DNA of 64,000 nucleotides from an uncultured Planctomycetota bacterium (GCA_963849325.1 CAWKHF010000012.1:1152001-1216000), one strand, 5' to 3'. Numbered from the stretch's first letter, positions 1-12,448 are shown. The notes: generated by a model not told the origin, from the sequence alone. Numbers and translations: made by a program.

Positions 1-210
1 ACCGTCGATCGCGTTTACGGGCCGGCCGCCGGCCTCGGCGGCTTCCAGCCGCCGACGGACCTCGATGAGGAGGGCCGCGAGTTGTACCGCCGACTGGTGC
101 AGGTGCCGTGGCGCCTGGAGATGGTCCTGAAATGTACCGACGGCTCCCATCATGGGCCGTGCATGCCCATCTTTCTCGCCCGCCAGGTCGCCCCGTGGCT
201 GCTGCCGTGA
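1..210 (+). CDS. 3' end of hypothetical protein (partial)
   Basis: Open frame from window start (TVDRVYGP...QVAPWLLP*) ending in TGA at 208-210. Confidence 0.5.
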   Translation, partial: TVDRVYGPAAGLGGFQPPTDLDEEGRELYRRLVQVPWRLEMVLKCTDGSHHGPCMPIFLARQVAPWLLP

Positions 211-270
211 TCGTCTGGGCCGTCCCCGCGCCTTGTCCGGAAGCCGCGGACGCATTGTGAGGGCCGAACC

Positions 271-575
271 GTGAGAGAGACAAAGACGTCTCCGTGGACC
301 GAGACCGCCAATCGCCTGGTCCCGCCGTATAACGTCATTCTGGAGAATGACGATCACCACTCGCACACCTTCGTCGTCCGCGTGCTGTGCAAGGCTCTCG
401 GCCATTCGATCGACCGCGCCTATCAACTGATGCTCCAGCGCATCTGACCGGCCGGGCCATCGTCTGGACGGCGCCGAAGGAGGTCGCCGAGTTGAAGGCC
501 GAGCAGATCGCCACCTTCCGCGAAGAGCCGCACGGCCCGCTCGGCTGCACGATTGAACCGGCGTCCGGCTGTTAA
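271..575 (+). CDS. clpS: ATP-dependent Clp protease adaptor ClpS (one frameshift near 440)
   Basis: PPYNVILENDDHHS..FVVRVL..A..LML followed by HLTGRAIVW..PKEVAELKAEQI, the ClpS signature. Confidence 0.85.
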
Positions 576-653
576 AACGCTTGCACGCGCTCCGTCCTGC
601 GCCTACCATCAGCGGGCAGGAATCCCCCTGTCCGCATCGCGGAGGACGTTGTC

Positions 654-1505
654 ATGGCCCTCGAACCCTTGGCCGTCGGCGTGTGCAGCTGGTCGCTGCA
701 AGTCAAGAACGTGCCCGAGTTGAAACGGTTGCTCGACCGTCTCGGGTTGTCGGTCGTGCAGATTGCCTGCGGCGATCCGCACCACGCGGCCTGGGACGAG
801 GGCGACCGACTGCCCGAGGCGGTGCGGGCGGCCGGCTTCGAGATGAGCGGGGCCATGCTCGGCTTCCCCGGCGAGGACTACACCACGCCGCAGACCATCC
901 AGCGCACCGGCGGCTTCGGCAACCCCGCCACCCGCGGCGAACGGCTCGAACGCTTCCGCTGGGCCTTGGATCGTACCCGGTCGCTGGGCCTGAGCGACCT
1001 GATGCTGCACGCCGGCTTTCTGCCCGAACCGGGCAAACCCGATCGCAAACCGTTCCTCGACACGCTCGGCCAGGTCAGCGCTCTGGCCGCCGAGAAGGGC
1101 GTCACGGTCGCCTTCGAGACCGGACAGGAGACGGCCGACCTGCTCCGCCGCACGCTCGACGAACTGAAGTGTCCGAACCTAAAGGTCAACTTCGACCCGG
1201 CCAACATGCTCCTCTACGACAAGGGCGATCCGTTACGGGCGGTGGAAATCCTTGGGCCGGACATACGCAGCGTCCACGTCAAGGATGCCAATCGTCCGAA
1301 GACGCCGGGCGTCTGGGGCGACGAGGTGCCGCTCGGACAGGGGCAGGTCAACATTCGCGCTTTCGTGCAGACGCTGAAAAAGGTCGGCTATCGAGGCTCC
1401 TTGTGCATCGAACGCGAGGTGGGCAACCAGGAAGAGCGTCTGCGCGACGTGGCCCACGGCATCCGCTATCTGCGCGAATGTCTGCGCGACGATTCTCGGC
1501 CCTGA
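654..1505 (+). CDS. Sugar phosphate isomerase/epimerase (xylose isomerase-like TIM barrel)
   Basis: Motifs AFETG, VNFDPAN, VHVKD, VPLGQG, LCIERE; intact 283 aa ORF. Confidence 0.9.
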   Translation: MALEPLAVGVCSWSLQVKNVPELKRLLDRLGLSVVQIACGDPHHAAWDEGDRLPEAVRAAGFEMSGAMLGFPGEDYTTPQTIQRTGGFGNPATRGERLERFRWALDRTRSLGLSDLMLHAGFLPEPGKPDRKPFLDTLGQVSALAAEKGVTVAFETGQETADLLRRTLDELKCPNLKVNFDPANMLLYDKGDPLRAVEILGPDIRSVHVKDANRPKTPGVWGDEVPLGQGQVNIRAFVQTLKKVGYRGSLCIEREVGNQEERLRDVAHGIRYLRECLRDDSRP

Positions 1506-1542
1506 CAGAAGCACCATCCGGGTGGGGGCGTCATTCGAGCTA

Positions 1543-1597
1543 TCGGAGCCCGCAGCGTCCACGAGAGACTGCTCCTCGCGGACGCTGCGGGCTCCGA
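1543..1597. repeat. REP-like palindrome (TCGGAGCC..GGCTCCGA family)
   Basis: tcggagcccgcagcgtcc / ggacgctgcgggctccga inverted arms between convergent genes. Confidence 0.8.
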
Positions 1598-1643
1598 CAA
1601 GACCTCGATGGTTTGGGCACCAGGAGCCAGAGCTGCACATGGC

Positions 1644-3328
1644 TCAGCTGCCTGCGGGCGGCTGGACTTGCGTGACGGTCACGGTATCGGGGCCATCGGT
1701 CTCCTCCATGCCGTCGGGGATCGTGTCGAAGTGGCCGCTGATCGACCCCGCCGTCACCACCACGAAGGAAGCGCCCACCACCGGCGCGTAGTTCAGCAGG
1801 ATGAGGTTGCCCGACAATTGCGCCGCGCCGGTGACGGCCAGTACGGTCGGAAATCCCGATGGGGCCTCATCCACGGCCAGCGTGCCCTCGGCCAGCTGCT
1901 GGTACGAACCCAGACCCGTCGTGCTGCCGCTCGCGTCCAGTTGCACTCGCCCATTGTTGATGACCTCGCCCGCGCCGGTCAGTGTACAGCCGCCGGTCAC
2001 CTCCAGGTTGCCGTTGACGCTGCCGATAGCACCGGCGCCCACGGTCAACACAGCAGGAGGGACGGTATTGCCAACGCTGAGCACGAGGAAGCCGGGGGCG
2101 GCATCCTCGACGAACCCCGTCGGCGAATCGATCGGTCCTTGCAAGGTCAGGTTGCCCATCAACTGCATCACGCCGTCCAGGTCCGCCGTCGAAGCGCCAC
2201 TCGGGCCGGCGGCGCCCACCAGTGTCAGATTGACGCCGCTGTCCACCCGCAAGTTGCCGAGGTTGGTGAACGGAGCGAGGATGATGGTCGGCGCGCGATC
2301 CGGCGGTGTTGCCTCAATGGTGCCCAGGGGCGAGTTGGTGATGCTGCCGCTGTCAACGACGGAGGTGATCAGGGGGAGCGACAGGGTTATGTTGCCCACG
2401 ACATTGCTGATGGAAGCGGTAGAGCTGGCCAGAAACAGGGGTCCGGTCCCCCCCAGACTGACGAAGCGCTCTGATTGCTCAGCGGTCCTTCGAGATACTT
2501 CGTGTCGGGACCGCTGGTGGTGAGACTGCCCGACGATCCGACGTTGAAGCCGCCGGCCAGGGCGATGGCGCCGCCCGTCCAGTTGCAGGTGGCATTCTCA
2601 TTGACCGCGCCTGCCGTGGAGCCGGGGGCCGACATGAGGGTGCCGCCGGTGACGACGTTCAGGGTGGCGTTGTTGTCGTCGAGGGTGCCGTCCACCTGGA
2701 CGGGGCCGGCGATGATGATGTTTCCGAGGCCGGGTCCGAGGGTGGCGCCGGCGACGAATTCGCCGGTGCTGAAGGGCGCGAAGGTGAAGGAGGAGTTGGG
2801 TCCGGCGTCGAGGTTGCCGTTGAGGTCGCCCGGTCCGATGACGGCGCCGCCGGCGAAGACGACGCCGGTGCCATTGAGGGGATCGGAGGTGTTGGCGACG
2901 ATGCGGCCCAGATCGATGACTGGTCCTGCCAAAGTACTCGAGGTAGTGCCCGGCGCGTTGTTGTTGATCGTCAGCTGGGCGCCGGACGCGACCATGAGGA
3001 GACTGCCAATGGTGGTCAGGCTGTTGACGTTGGCCTCTGCCCCACCGATAGCGACGACGCCCGCAGTGCCGGGGATGAACGCATCATCGCTAGCACCGGG
3101 CACATGGACGTTTCCCGGATTGGTAAGGTTCGCCCAGTTGGCGGCGACGAACCAATCCGCAGGTGCCGCGAGAGTACCAGCGCCGATGAAGGTCATGGCA
3201 TCGAGCACCGTCCGGTCTTCCAGGCACTCCAACTGCGGTTTCACAAACCGAGGCAGTCCGCGGAGACTTTTCTTCGCGGCACAGGTGGAGCAATTGTCGC
3301 CGCAAGCGTTCCCAAATGGACAACATAA
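1644..3328 (-). CDS. Secreted beta-strand-rich protein with planctomycete LEDR export motif (frameshifted)
   Basis: RBS AAGGAGG then MLSIWERLRR, followed by KPQLECLEDRTVL; Gly/Asn/Thr-rich passenger-like repeats; joins ORFs 2387-3244 and 1644-2399. Confidence 0.65.
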
Positions 3329-3500
3329 CGGACCTCCTTGAGAAGGAAAATGGGTATGCCAACTCTCATGGAATTGGCATCTTCTTGCTTATGGCTCGGT
3401 CAATGGAGACACTCGTCGATCCAGTACGGATCATCAAACGATCCGCCCGTAGAGCGCGGAATTCACCATGAGCGATAGGTTTCCTGATACCGCCGATCTT

Positions 3501-4868
3501 TCAGGGTTTCTTATTCTTACTCGGTCTCGGGGCGGTCATCGTCCGTATCGTATATTTGTCATTGGGACGCAGACGGGTGATACCTTCGTTCAGTTCCTTG
3601 GCCGTGAAGGGCAACTTCGACGTCAAGTCCTTCATGGGGTGCGAACGCTTGAGGAACAGCAAGGCCAACGCCGTGTTTAGGGACGCTCCATAGTTGGCAA
3701 GATCAGCGGAGGTCTGCACACCCCAACCGGGCCACCATCCACTTTTCTTCTGGTTCGAGACGATGTTTTCGGCTCCCCAGCGATACCAGTCCTTATCGCC
3801 GATGGTAGGAAAGTCGAAAAGCATCGCCACACGCTCCACCGACCAGAGAAGATAAAGATCTTGCGGTTCGCTTTTTTTTGTCATATCACCGCTAGGCTTG
3901 CCAATACGTTGAGATAAGGCGGATAATCCGCGCAGGATGTGAACGTCCTTCTCGCCGCGGCTGGTGAACCAGGCGTCGGTAATTTCAACCCACGACCCAT
4001 CGCCAAGGCCATCACTCCGACGCAGGTCATCGAACTCCTTGAAGCAGGAAAATCCTGGTGTATGCGATACGTCCAGATCCCAGACGGATAAGCGTGGGAT
4101 CGTTCAAAACGTTCGACCGCGATTTCCAAGGTGGGTTCGACGGGGACTCCATGCCGCCGAGCCGCCCACAAGCCCAATAGCGCAAACTGCGTGTTGGAAT
4201 TGTCAGCGATATTATCTTGCGTCTCCTCCCATGTCAGCCGTTCGTCGCTTTGAAATACTAGGAGTGATTGCAATGGCAGTGGCACTTCCATACCGCGCAC
4301 GCGCCTGATCCCTCGTCTTCTCTCCGCCATGCCGCCGCTTATTGAGTTCCTCCAGGCGATTGAGCAAGACTTGTTCAGCCAGCGCACCCATGACCCGACA
4401 AGGATAACTCCATCCACCCCCCCCACGTTGTCCCGCGATCAGTCGCAAGGCCAAGGTGTAGATTAGCTTCTTATCGCGGGGATCGCCGAGGCGATCGAAG
4501 AACAGGATGGCCAACGACAGTTCATAAGTCCCCTTCGTCAGAAGGACTCTCGGCCGGAGGTATTTCGCCGCCTTTTGGATCACTGGATCATCGACTGGCA
4601 CTCCGGATTCCAGCAGGGCGTACGCCGGTAGAGCGCACGTTCCTACCGGGTGGGTACTGCCATACCGTACCCATTGCCAACTCCCATCTTCGGCCTGGCG
4701 CTTCTTGAGGAAGGCCACGCCCTTGTCGATGGCCTGATCGACCTTGGCCTGCTCCTCTCTGGTCAGCGGATTGGGATCGGCGGCGACCGGCGCGGCCCAC
4801 GCCAGCCCCATCGCGCCGCACAGCAAGCCCGCACACGCACGCAGTCCAATAACTCGCATGGACAACAT
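3501..4868 (-). CDS. Prenyltransferase/squalene-oxidase-repeat secreted protein (several frameshifts)
   Basis: Signal peptide; AIDKGVAFLKKRQAEDGSW, DNSNTQFALLGLWAA, YLLWSVERVAM, DWYRWGAE..Q..SG.W spread over three frames. Confidence 0.7.
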
Positions 4869-5063
4869 GATGCTTCCTCCCTCGAATGATCTATAGCAGT
4901 AACCGTTCAGCCGACTTCGGAAAATGGGCTTTTATGGCCATCGCATGAACTCCGAAGAGGCCATTAGTGGACATCAACGGACAGAAATACGGCTCAGATC
5001 GGGCGTTCTCCTGTGCAACTTCGTCCATTTTTCAAAGTCGGCTGAACGGTTACCTATAGCAAA

Positions 5064-5238
5064 ATGGCGCATGGCGCATGGCGCATGGCGCATGGCGCAT
5101 GGCGCATGGCGCATGGCGCATGGCGCACTGCGCATGGCGCATGGCGCATGGCGCATGGCGCATGGCGCATGGCGCATGGCGCATGGCGCATGGCGCATGG
5201 CGCATGGCGCATGGCGCATGGCGCATGGCGCATGGCGC
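5064..5238. repeat. Heptanucleotide tandem repeat (ATGGCGC)x25
   Basis: 175 bp = 25 units, one variant ACTGCGC at 5127-5133; intergenic between divergent genes. Confidence 0.97.
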
Positions 5239-5546
5239 AGGAGTTTTCAGATTTGTTGTCGGTGATTGGACGGGACATAGGTGCACTCCATGGCAATTGT
5301 GCTCAGGAGTAACTGCACCCTTATCCTCTTTCCCAAGAAAAGGCGATGGTAGCAGGGGAGAATGAAGACTTCAAGGGCACTCTTTTCTTTTCATTAATTT
5401 TTCATTTCCGGCGTCCTCGGGAGGTGAACCTTCCTCCGCGAAGCATCGCGGCCATCGTTCGATGTTCCGCGTGTTGCGCCATCGTGGTATACCGAAACCA
5501 GCCACGCTGGTCCCGCCCACCGCGATCGAGTCGGGAGAAAAAGACG

Positions 5547-6302
5547 ATGGCGACTGCATCCTCGACGATGGTTCCCTGGAAGAACGGCTATCCGACTTCG
5601 GACGGCAAACCCATGGCCGAAACCGACTGGCACCGCGATCTGATGAACGCCCTCATCCAGACGCTGAAGGTCTGGTACACCGCCCATTCGCGGGTCTACG
5701 TCTCGGGCAATCTGCTGTTGTTTTACGAGCCGGGCAATCGTCGCCGTCATGTCTCGCCGGACGTGTTCGTGGTCAAGGGCATCGCCAAGCACGATCGCCC
5801 CAATTACCTTTTGTGGGAGGAGCGCAAGGGGCCCGACGTGGCGATCGAGCTGACCTCGTCCTCCACGCGCCGCGAGGACATGGAAGACAAATACCATCTC
5901 TATCAGGATACTTTGCGCGTCAAGGAATACTTCCTGTTCGATCCGCTGGGCGATTATCTTACGCCGCCGTTGCAAGGACATCGTCTGCGTCGCGGCCAGT
6001 ATCATCCGATTCGCTCCGTCGCCGGGCGGCTGCCGAGTCAGGTCCTGGCCCTGCACCTGGAACGCAACGGTCGAGAGCTACGGCTGCACGATCCGGAGAC
6101 GGGACAATGGTTGCCCACGCCCCTGGAGATGGCGACCGAGGCGGAAGCGGCGCGGCAGCAAGCGGAAGCGGCGCGGCAGCAAGCGGAAGCGCGGCAGCAA
6201 GCGGAAGCGGCGCGGCAGCAAGCGGAAGCCGAGAATGAGCGTCTGCGTCGTGAGCTGGCCGCGCTGCGCCGCCGCTTGCCGAACAATCCTCGCTCCTCCT
6301 GA
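5547..6302 (+). CDS. Uma2 family (PD-(D/E)XK) endonuclease with AEAARQQ coiled-coil tail
   Basis: YPTSDGKPMAETDWH, VSPDVFVV, PDVAIELTSSST, EYFLFDP; 21-bp repeats at 6141-6230. Confidence 0.9.
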   Translation: MATASSTMVPWKNGYPTSDGKPMAETDWHRDLMNALIQTLKVWYTAHSRVYVSGNLLLFYEPGNRRRHVSPDVFVVKGIAKHDRPNYLLWEERKGPDVAIELTSSSTRREDMEDKYHLYQDTLRVKEYFLFDPLGDYLTPPLQGHRLRRGQYHPIRSVAGRLPSQVLALHLERNGRELRLHDPETGQWLPTPLEMATEAEAARQQAEAARQQAEARQQAEAARQQAEAENERLRRELAALRRRLPNNPRSS

Positions 6303-6419
6303 GGGCCTATCCTGCCGATTCGGGACCATCGCGCAGGTTGCATTCCCTCGGGGCAATCTCCATAATGAGACCACTCCGTCCGTGGCTCGCCGGGTATTCC
6401 GTCTCAAGGAGAAGCATCC

Positions 6420-8349
6420 GTGTCGTTACGATTCGCTGCTTGCTTGTCCCTGGCCGTCGCCGCCGGGCTGCCGGCTTCCGTCTCCGCCGGCCCCTCCAAC
6501 AGCCTGATGGACCTGACGCCCGACGGCAGCCGCCTGCTCGTCGCCAACACCGACAACGGCACGCGTCACCGTGGTGGACACGGCGACGAACAAGGCCCTG
6601 CGCGAGATCGCCGTCGGCGACAAGCCGGAGGGCGTGACCTGGATCGGCAACGGTCCCCTCGCCGCCGTCACCGTCTACCGCGAGGACCGCGTCGCCTTCG
6701 TCGATACCGACACGGGGCAAGGTCGTCGAGAAGCTCCGCGTGCCCAACGAGCCATACGGCATCGTCGCCACGAAGGACGGCACGCCGCGTCTACGTCACC
6801 CACGAATATCCCGGCACCGTCAGCGAGATCGACGTGGCCAAACGCAAGGTCCTCCGCGAGATGAAGGCCGGTTCGCATGGTGCGCGGCCTCGCCCTCAGT
6901 CCCGACGAGAAGCGGCTGTACGTCACCGAGTTTTACAGCGGCGTCCTGCACGCGCTGGACCGGCGCAGCGGCGCCAGTCGTCGATAGCTGGAAGGGCCAC
7001 GCCACCGACAACCTGTCGCGCCACGTCGTCCTCCATCCGCGTCGGCCCAAGGCGTACCTGTCGCACATCCGCTCGAACATCGACGTCATCGACGGCCGCG
7101 GCTCGATCTTTCCGCACCTGAGCGTCTGCGACCTGGTGCCGCCCAACGGCACGAAGCGGCGGACCTCGTTCGCCATGGACACCTACAACGGCGTCTACGT
7201 CGTCACCAACCCGTGGGAGGCGGCCCTGTCGCCGGACGGCAAGCGGCTTTACACGATCTACGCCGGCACCAACGACATGAACGTGTCGCGACGTGATCGA
7301 CGACGATTACAAGGAGATCGAGCGCGTCGGCCGCGCCGTGCGCGTCGGCCAGAACCCGCGGGCGGTGCGCGTCAGCCCCGACGGCAAGAAGGTCTACATC
7401 GACAACGCCCTGGACTTCGACGTGAGCGTCCACGACGCGGCGACCATGCAGCGTGCTGGCCCGCGTCAAGGTGTGCGAGCCGCCGAAGATCGCCGGAGTG
7501 GGTGCGCGGCAAGGTGCTGTTCAGCACGGCCAACCGGCCGCTGACGACGCCGGCGCTGGATCGCCTGCTCCTCGTGCCACCCGGACGGCCACAGCGACGG
7601 CCGGGTCTGGCAGAACCCCGAGGGGCTGCGCAAGACGCCGGCGCTGATGGGCCTGGCCCACACGCATCCGCTGCACTGGTCGGCCGACCGCGATGAGGTG
7701 CAGGACTTCGAGTACACCATCCGCGGCCGGCTCATGCAGGGCGCCGGCCTGCTCGCGCGGCTCCATCAAGCCCAAACTCGGCTTCGAGCCGATCGAGCTG
7801 AAGCGAAGACCTCGCCGGCCGCTCGAAGGACCTCGACGCCCTGGCGGTTTACACCAACTCGTTCGACTTCACCCTGTCGCCGCACGTCCCGGCGCCCGGC
7901 AAGCTGTCCGCCGCCGCCCAGCGCGGCAAGGCGTCTGTTCTTCAGCGAGGCGGTCGGCTGCGCCAAGTGCCACAGCGGGCCGTACTACACCGACAGCAGC
8001 CTCCGAAAGCCGTACAACCTGCACGACGTCGGCACCGGCGGCGACGATCCGTCGGAGAAGATGGGACCGAAGTACGACACGCCGACGCTGCTGGGCGTCT
8101 ACCGCACCGGCGCCGTACCTGCACCACGGCAAGGCGAAAACGCTGCGCGACGTGCTGACGACGTGCAACACGGGCGACAAGCACGGCAAGACGAGTCACC
8201 TGAAACCGGACGAGATCGACGACCTGGTGGCGTTCCTGAAGTCGCTGCCGTATGAGACGCCGCCGGCCGAGACGCCGAACACGGTGAAGCATCGCTACAT
8301 CCCGAGCGAGGCCCACCGGCAGAGTACGAGCAAGCGAAATAACCGTTAA
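6420..8349 (+). CDS. YVTN/YncE beta-propeller fused to di-heme cytochrome c (CCP/MauG-like) domain (frameshifted)
   Basis: Signal peptide; repeated xSPDGxxLYV blades; CxxCH motifs ACSSCH (~7562-7580) and CAKCH (~7959-7973); DTPTLLG..APYLHHG. Confidence 0.8.
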
Positions 8350-8380
8350 TCCAGTGTCCCCTTTGTCGTGGGGAGTTCCA

Positions 8381-8758
8381 CTAGGCGGCTCGTGGAGGCA
8401 TGCGTTCGGCGTGCGGCAACGGCTGATCGAGCAGATACCAGAGGTCGGTCCCCAGGGCGGACAGCAGAGGTTCGAGATCGCTGCCGAGTAGCTGGCCGCG
8501 CGTCAGGTCCAACCAAGTCAGACAGGTGCGGTCCCAGAGCAGGCGCACCGAGTACGAATCGGCCGCCTGGCGCTGGATGCGGATGCCGAAGTATCGCGGC
8601 GGCGGGCCGTCGATGCGCACGCCGTCGGGCAGTTCCCAGAACGGTCCTTGTTGTTCGGAGTCATCCGGCCAGTGCAGGCACATGGCCGGCAGGTGCGGCT
8701 CGAACGTGTTATCAAAATAACAGCGGACGACTTCGGGCGCCGGCAGGGTTGGCGTCAT
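8381..8758 (-). CDS. Hypothetical protein
   Basis: 125 aa ORF with protein-like composition; GGAGG upstream. Confidence 0.6.
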   Translation of the reverse strand: MTPTLPAPEVVRCYFDNTFEPHLPAMCLHWPDDSEQQGPFWELPDGVRIDGPPPRYFGIRIQRQAADSYSVRLLWDRTCLTWLDLTRGQLLGSDLEPLLSALGTDLWYLLDQPLPHAERMPPRAA

Positions 8759-8800
8759 CGCTCGCCTCCAGGGCGTTTCGACTCGGCCGGGCTGGCCGAT

Positions 8801-9614
8801 TTACCCGTTCCTCCGTGGCTCCGATGGCTCCGGCGCTGGCACCATGGTCCCGCGCGAGCCGTTGCTGCCGAGCGGCAGCCTCAGCTCCTCGAACAGCGCC
8901 GTCGCCTTGTCGGGGTGCTGCGTCAGATACCAGGCCAGGCCGCCGAAGAACATCTCCAGCTGGCCGACGTACTCCTCGGCCATGCGCGGCGCCGAGCGCC
9001 GAACAGGCGCGTGGCCAGGTCACGGCCCGACTGTCGGTGTGCAGGATCAGGTCCATCTGATGCCGCACGGCCGGCTTGCCGGCGCCGTCGCTGCCCTCCT
9101 GGTGGTTGAGCACCACGACGGCGCGGATGGACACCGAGGGCAGCAACGTGCCGGGACGGACCCGTCCCTCCGCGTACCATACACGCTGATGCGCCGTCCG
9201 CAGCACCGTCTGCCAGTGGACTTCACCATTCTGCGCGTCTTTCCAGGTGAAGCTGCCTTCGCCGCGCGATTGGATGTCGGTACACTTGGCCCCCAGGCCG
9301 CGCCACAACCGCACCGCCAGGTCCGGGTGGTCGAGCAGCCAGTAATACAGGCCCGGCCGGCAGTGAAACGCTTCCAAGGGTCCGCGCGACGACAGCGTCG
9401 GATGTTCGAGTACCGCGCGGACGCGCTCGCGCACCGGCGGCGGCAGCTCGTCCAGCGGCACGGACGCCGGCACGAACCCTTGCGCCACGGCCGACGGACG
9501 CGGCGTCGAGGCCGGAACGGGAGCACCCGGCATTGTCTGGGCCAGCGCGACGTTCGCCGCCGCCGCGCTGCAGGCCGCCAACAACCATCCCAACGCCTTG
9601 CGACGGCATTCCAT
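8801..9614 (-). CDS. Hypothetical secreted protein (frameshift near 9010)
   Basis: Signal peptide ending ALAQ; coherent frame continues as MAEEYVGQLEMFFGGLAWYL. Confidence 0.6.
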
Positions 9615-9810
9615 CAGCCACCTCGCGATTGATGCGGGTCCGCGATCGACATTCGGGAGTCACACCCATTTATCATCGAATGCCGATCGCGCCGGCATGA
9701 AGGATTTTGCCAGGATTTCCGTCGCGGGGAGTGCCCTTTTCCCAGGCACGACGGGGGGCTATAATCCCGCTCCCTGGAATTATCCAGGGGAGTCCCCGCC
9801 GCCCCAAACA

Positions 9811-9868
9811 GGGAATAGGGAATAGGGAATAGGGAATAGGTCGTTTCTTCCCTATTCCCTATGTCCCT
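9811..9868. repeat. Heptamer-based hairpin (GGGAATA)n / (TATTCCC)n
   Basis: 4x GGGAATA followed by inverted copies. Confidence 0.85.
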
Positions 9869-9884
9869 GTGTCGAGGAGACGTC

Positions 9885-11019
9885 ATGGCAGGACATAGTG
9901 TCTGGAGCAGGAAGTTCCTCGGCGGCCTGATGCTCGTTTTCATGCTGGGCTGTGCCGTCGTGGCCTGGAGGGAACGGTCGACCCTGCTGTCCTGGTATTG
10001 CATCCGCAGTCTGACTCAGGCGTCGGACGAAGACCGTCCGCGCTGGGCGGAGCGCGTGGCGAACCTGGGCGAAACAGCGCATCCCGGGCTTGTTCGATTG
10101 TCTGACGCAACCCGACGCGCGGGTATGCGGCAATGCGCGGGCGGCACTGGAACGGCTGACGCATTCGTGGGGCGAGGACGACGCACGCACCGCGGAGTTG
10201 GCCCTGCGACTGGCCCGCGAGTTCTCTCGCTTCAGCCCGGCCGGACAGCGGCAGGTGCTCGACCTCGCCGTCGGCTGGTTCGCCGAGCCGGACGGCCGCG
10301 CCGCCAGCCTGGTCTCTGCCTGTTCGCGCCTGGTGGGCGCGGCCGCGAACACTACGGACGCGGACGTACAAACGAGCACCCTCGAACTCGGTGGCATTCT
10401 CCTCGGTCAGCCCAATGGCGATGAAGCGCTGCGATCCCGGCCCGGAACCTGGTCCGCGCCGCTCTGCACGCCGGCGCGGAGGACAATCGCCTGCGGGCCG
10501 TCCGCCTGACGCTGCATCCGGGCATGGACCTGCTGGAGCAAGTGGCCGCGCTGCTGGGCGATGAGTCCGCCGCCGGTGCGTCGCGCCGCCCTGTTGGCGG
10601 TCGGCCCGGCCCGCGACGTGATCCACGACGATCAGCTGTTGCCGTGCCTGCACGACCCCGACCCGGAGGTGCGCCGCCTGTGCGAAATCGCCCTCAGCGG
10701 CCGCGGCCTGCGCCCGGAGTACCTCGAACTGGGCCGTCTCCTCACCGACCCGCGCCCGGCGGCGCGCTTGCGAGTTCTCGATCACCTGGCCGGCTCGACC
10801 GAGCTGGACCCCGGCCTATGGCTGCGCCGCCTCAGTCACGATCCCTCGCCCTCCGTCCGCGTCGCCGCCATGCGGGCCATGACGCAACAGCATTTCGTGG
10901 ACCTCAGCGACCGCATTGACCAGATGGCCCGCACCGACCCCAGCCCGACCGTTTGCCAGCTCGCCCAGTTCTACCTGAATTGCCACGCTCAGAAGAAGGG
11001 ACTAGGGACGAGGGACTAG
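9885..11019 (+). CDS. HEAT-repeat membrane-anchored protein (frameshifted)
   Basis: N-terminal TM; L.D.DPEVRR, L.DP.PAARL, DPSPSVRVAA repeats. Confidence 0.75.
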
Positions 11020-11081
11020 GGACTAGGGAAGAGACGTGGTCCCTGTCTTCTCTAGTCCCTAGTCCCTCGTCCCTAGTCCCT
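10998..11081. repeat. Heptamer-based hairpin (GGGACTA family)
   Basis: gggactagggacgagggactagggactaggg ... ctagtccctagtccctcgtccctagtccc. Confidence 0.85.
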
Positions 11082-11184
11082 TTATTCGGGTGCTTGCCGC
11101 CGCGGCGCACGCTGCATACAGTAACGCCCATCGGATGCTCCTACCGACGCCCTGAGCCTCTCGCCCTCGTGGAGGTCGCCGACC

Positions 11185-12448
11185 GTGATGGACTGGTTGT
11201 CGTCGCACTGGGGAGCTGGCGAGACGGCCTTCTCGCCGTCGTCGAAGCGTTCCTCCTGGTGGCGTTCGTGGCCGGCTCCGCCGTCTTCTTCATCTGGCTG
11301 GAACGCAAGGTCGCCGGCCGCATTCAGGACCGCCTCGGCCCCACGCGCGTCGGCGGCAAGTTCGGCTGGCTGCAAACCATCGCCGACGGCATCAAGCTGC
11401 TCGTCAAGGAAGACCTCATCCCCGCCGACGCCGACCAGATGCTCTTCCGCCTCGGCCCGTACATCGCCTTCTGCGGCTCCTTCGCCGCCTTCATCGCCCT
11501 GCCGTTCGCCAACGGCTGGGTGGCCAAGTCGCTCAGCATCGGCGTCTTCTTCATGCTGGCCGTCATGTCCACCGAGGTGTTCGGCATCATCCTCGCCGGC
11601 TACGGCTCCGGCAGCAAGTGGGCGCTGTTCGGCGGCATGCGCGAGGCCGCCCAGATGGTCAGCTACGAAGTGCCGATGGCCCTGTGCGTGCTCGTGCCCG
11701 TCATCGTCGCCGGCTCGATGGACCTCAATTACATCAGCCAATCAGCAGACGGGCGGCATCTGGAACTGGTACGTCTTCCACGATCCGTTCACCTTCCTCG
11801 CCTTCTGGACCTACTTCACCTGCGCCACCGCCCAGTGCAAGCGCGCCCCGTTCGACCTGGCCGAGGCCGAGAGCGAGCTGGTGGCCGGCTTCCACACCGA
11901 GTACAGCGGCCTGCGCTGGTCGTTCTTCTTCATGGCCGAGTACGGCAGCCATGTTCGCCGTCAGCGGCATCGCCATCCTGCTGTTCCTCGGCGGCTGGAA
12001 CACCGGCTTTCTGCCGCGAGCTGAGCACCACGTTCGCGTCGTGGCTGGGCAGTCCCGAGCAGCCGTCGTGGCTGGGCTGGGTGCTCGGCAACGTCATCAA
12101 CGTGGTGGTCTTCATCCTCAAGGGCTGGCTGCTGGTGTTCGTGCATGATGTGGGTGCGCTGGACGCTGCCGCGGCTGCGCATCGACCAGGTGATGATGAC
12201 CTGCCTGAAATACCTGCTGCCGATCAGCTGCGTGCTGCTGCTGGGCGTCAGCCTGTGGCAGGTGGCCGTCTGCCCGTTGGTCGGCCCGTATTTCAGCTAC
12301 GTCCTCTGCGCCGTGTGCCTGGGCCTGTTCGCTGTGGATGGTGGTGAAGGTCGTCAGCACGCCGAGCCGGCTGCCGCTCTCGGTGACGGGCGTGACGAAC
12401 CTGTGGAATCGAGGACCGATCCCGCCCGAATTGGCGCGCAAGACTTGA
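11185..12448 (+). CDS. nuoH: NADH-quinone oxidoreductase subunit H (frameshifted)
   Basis: [68 protein letters not shown]. Confidence 0.95.

Noticed and set aside
4924-5365. ORFs encoding MAHGAWR / MRHAPCA repeats
   Set aside because: Translation artefacts of the stop-free heptamer tract, which is open in all six frames
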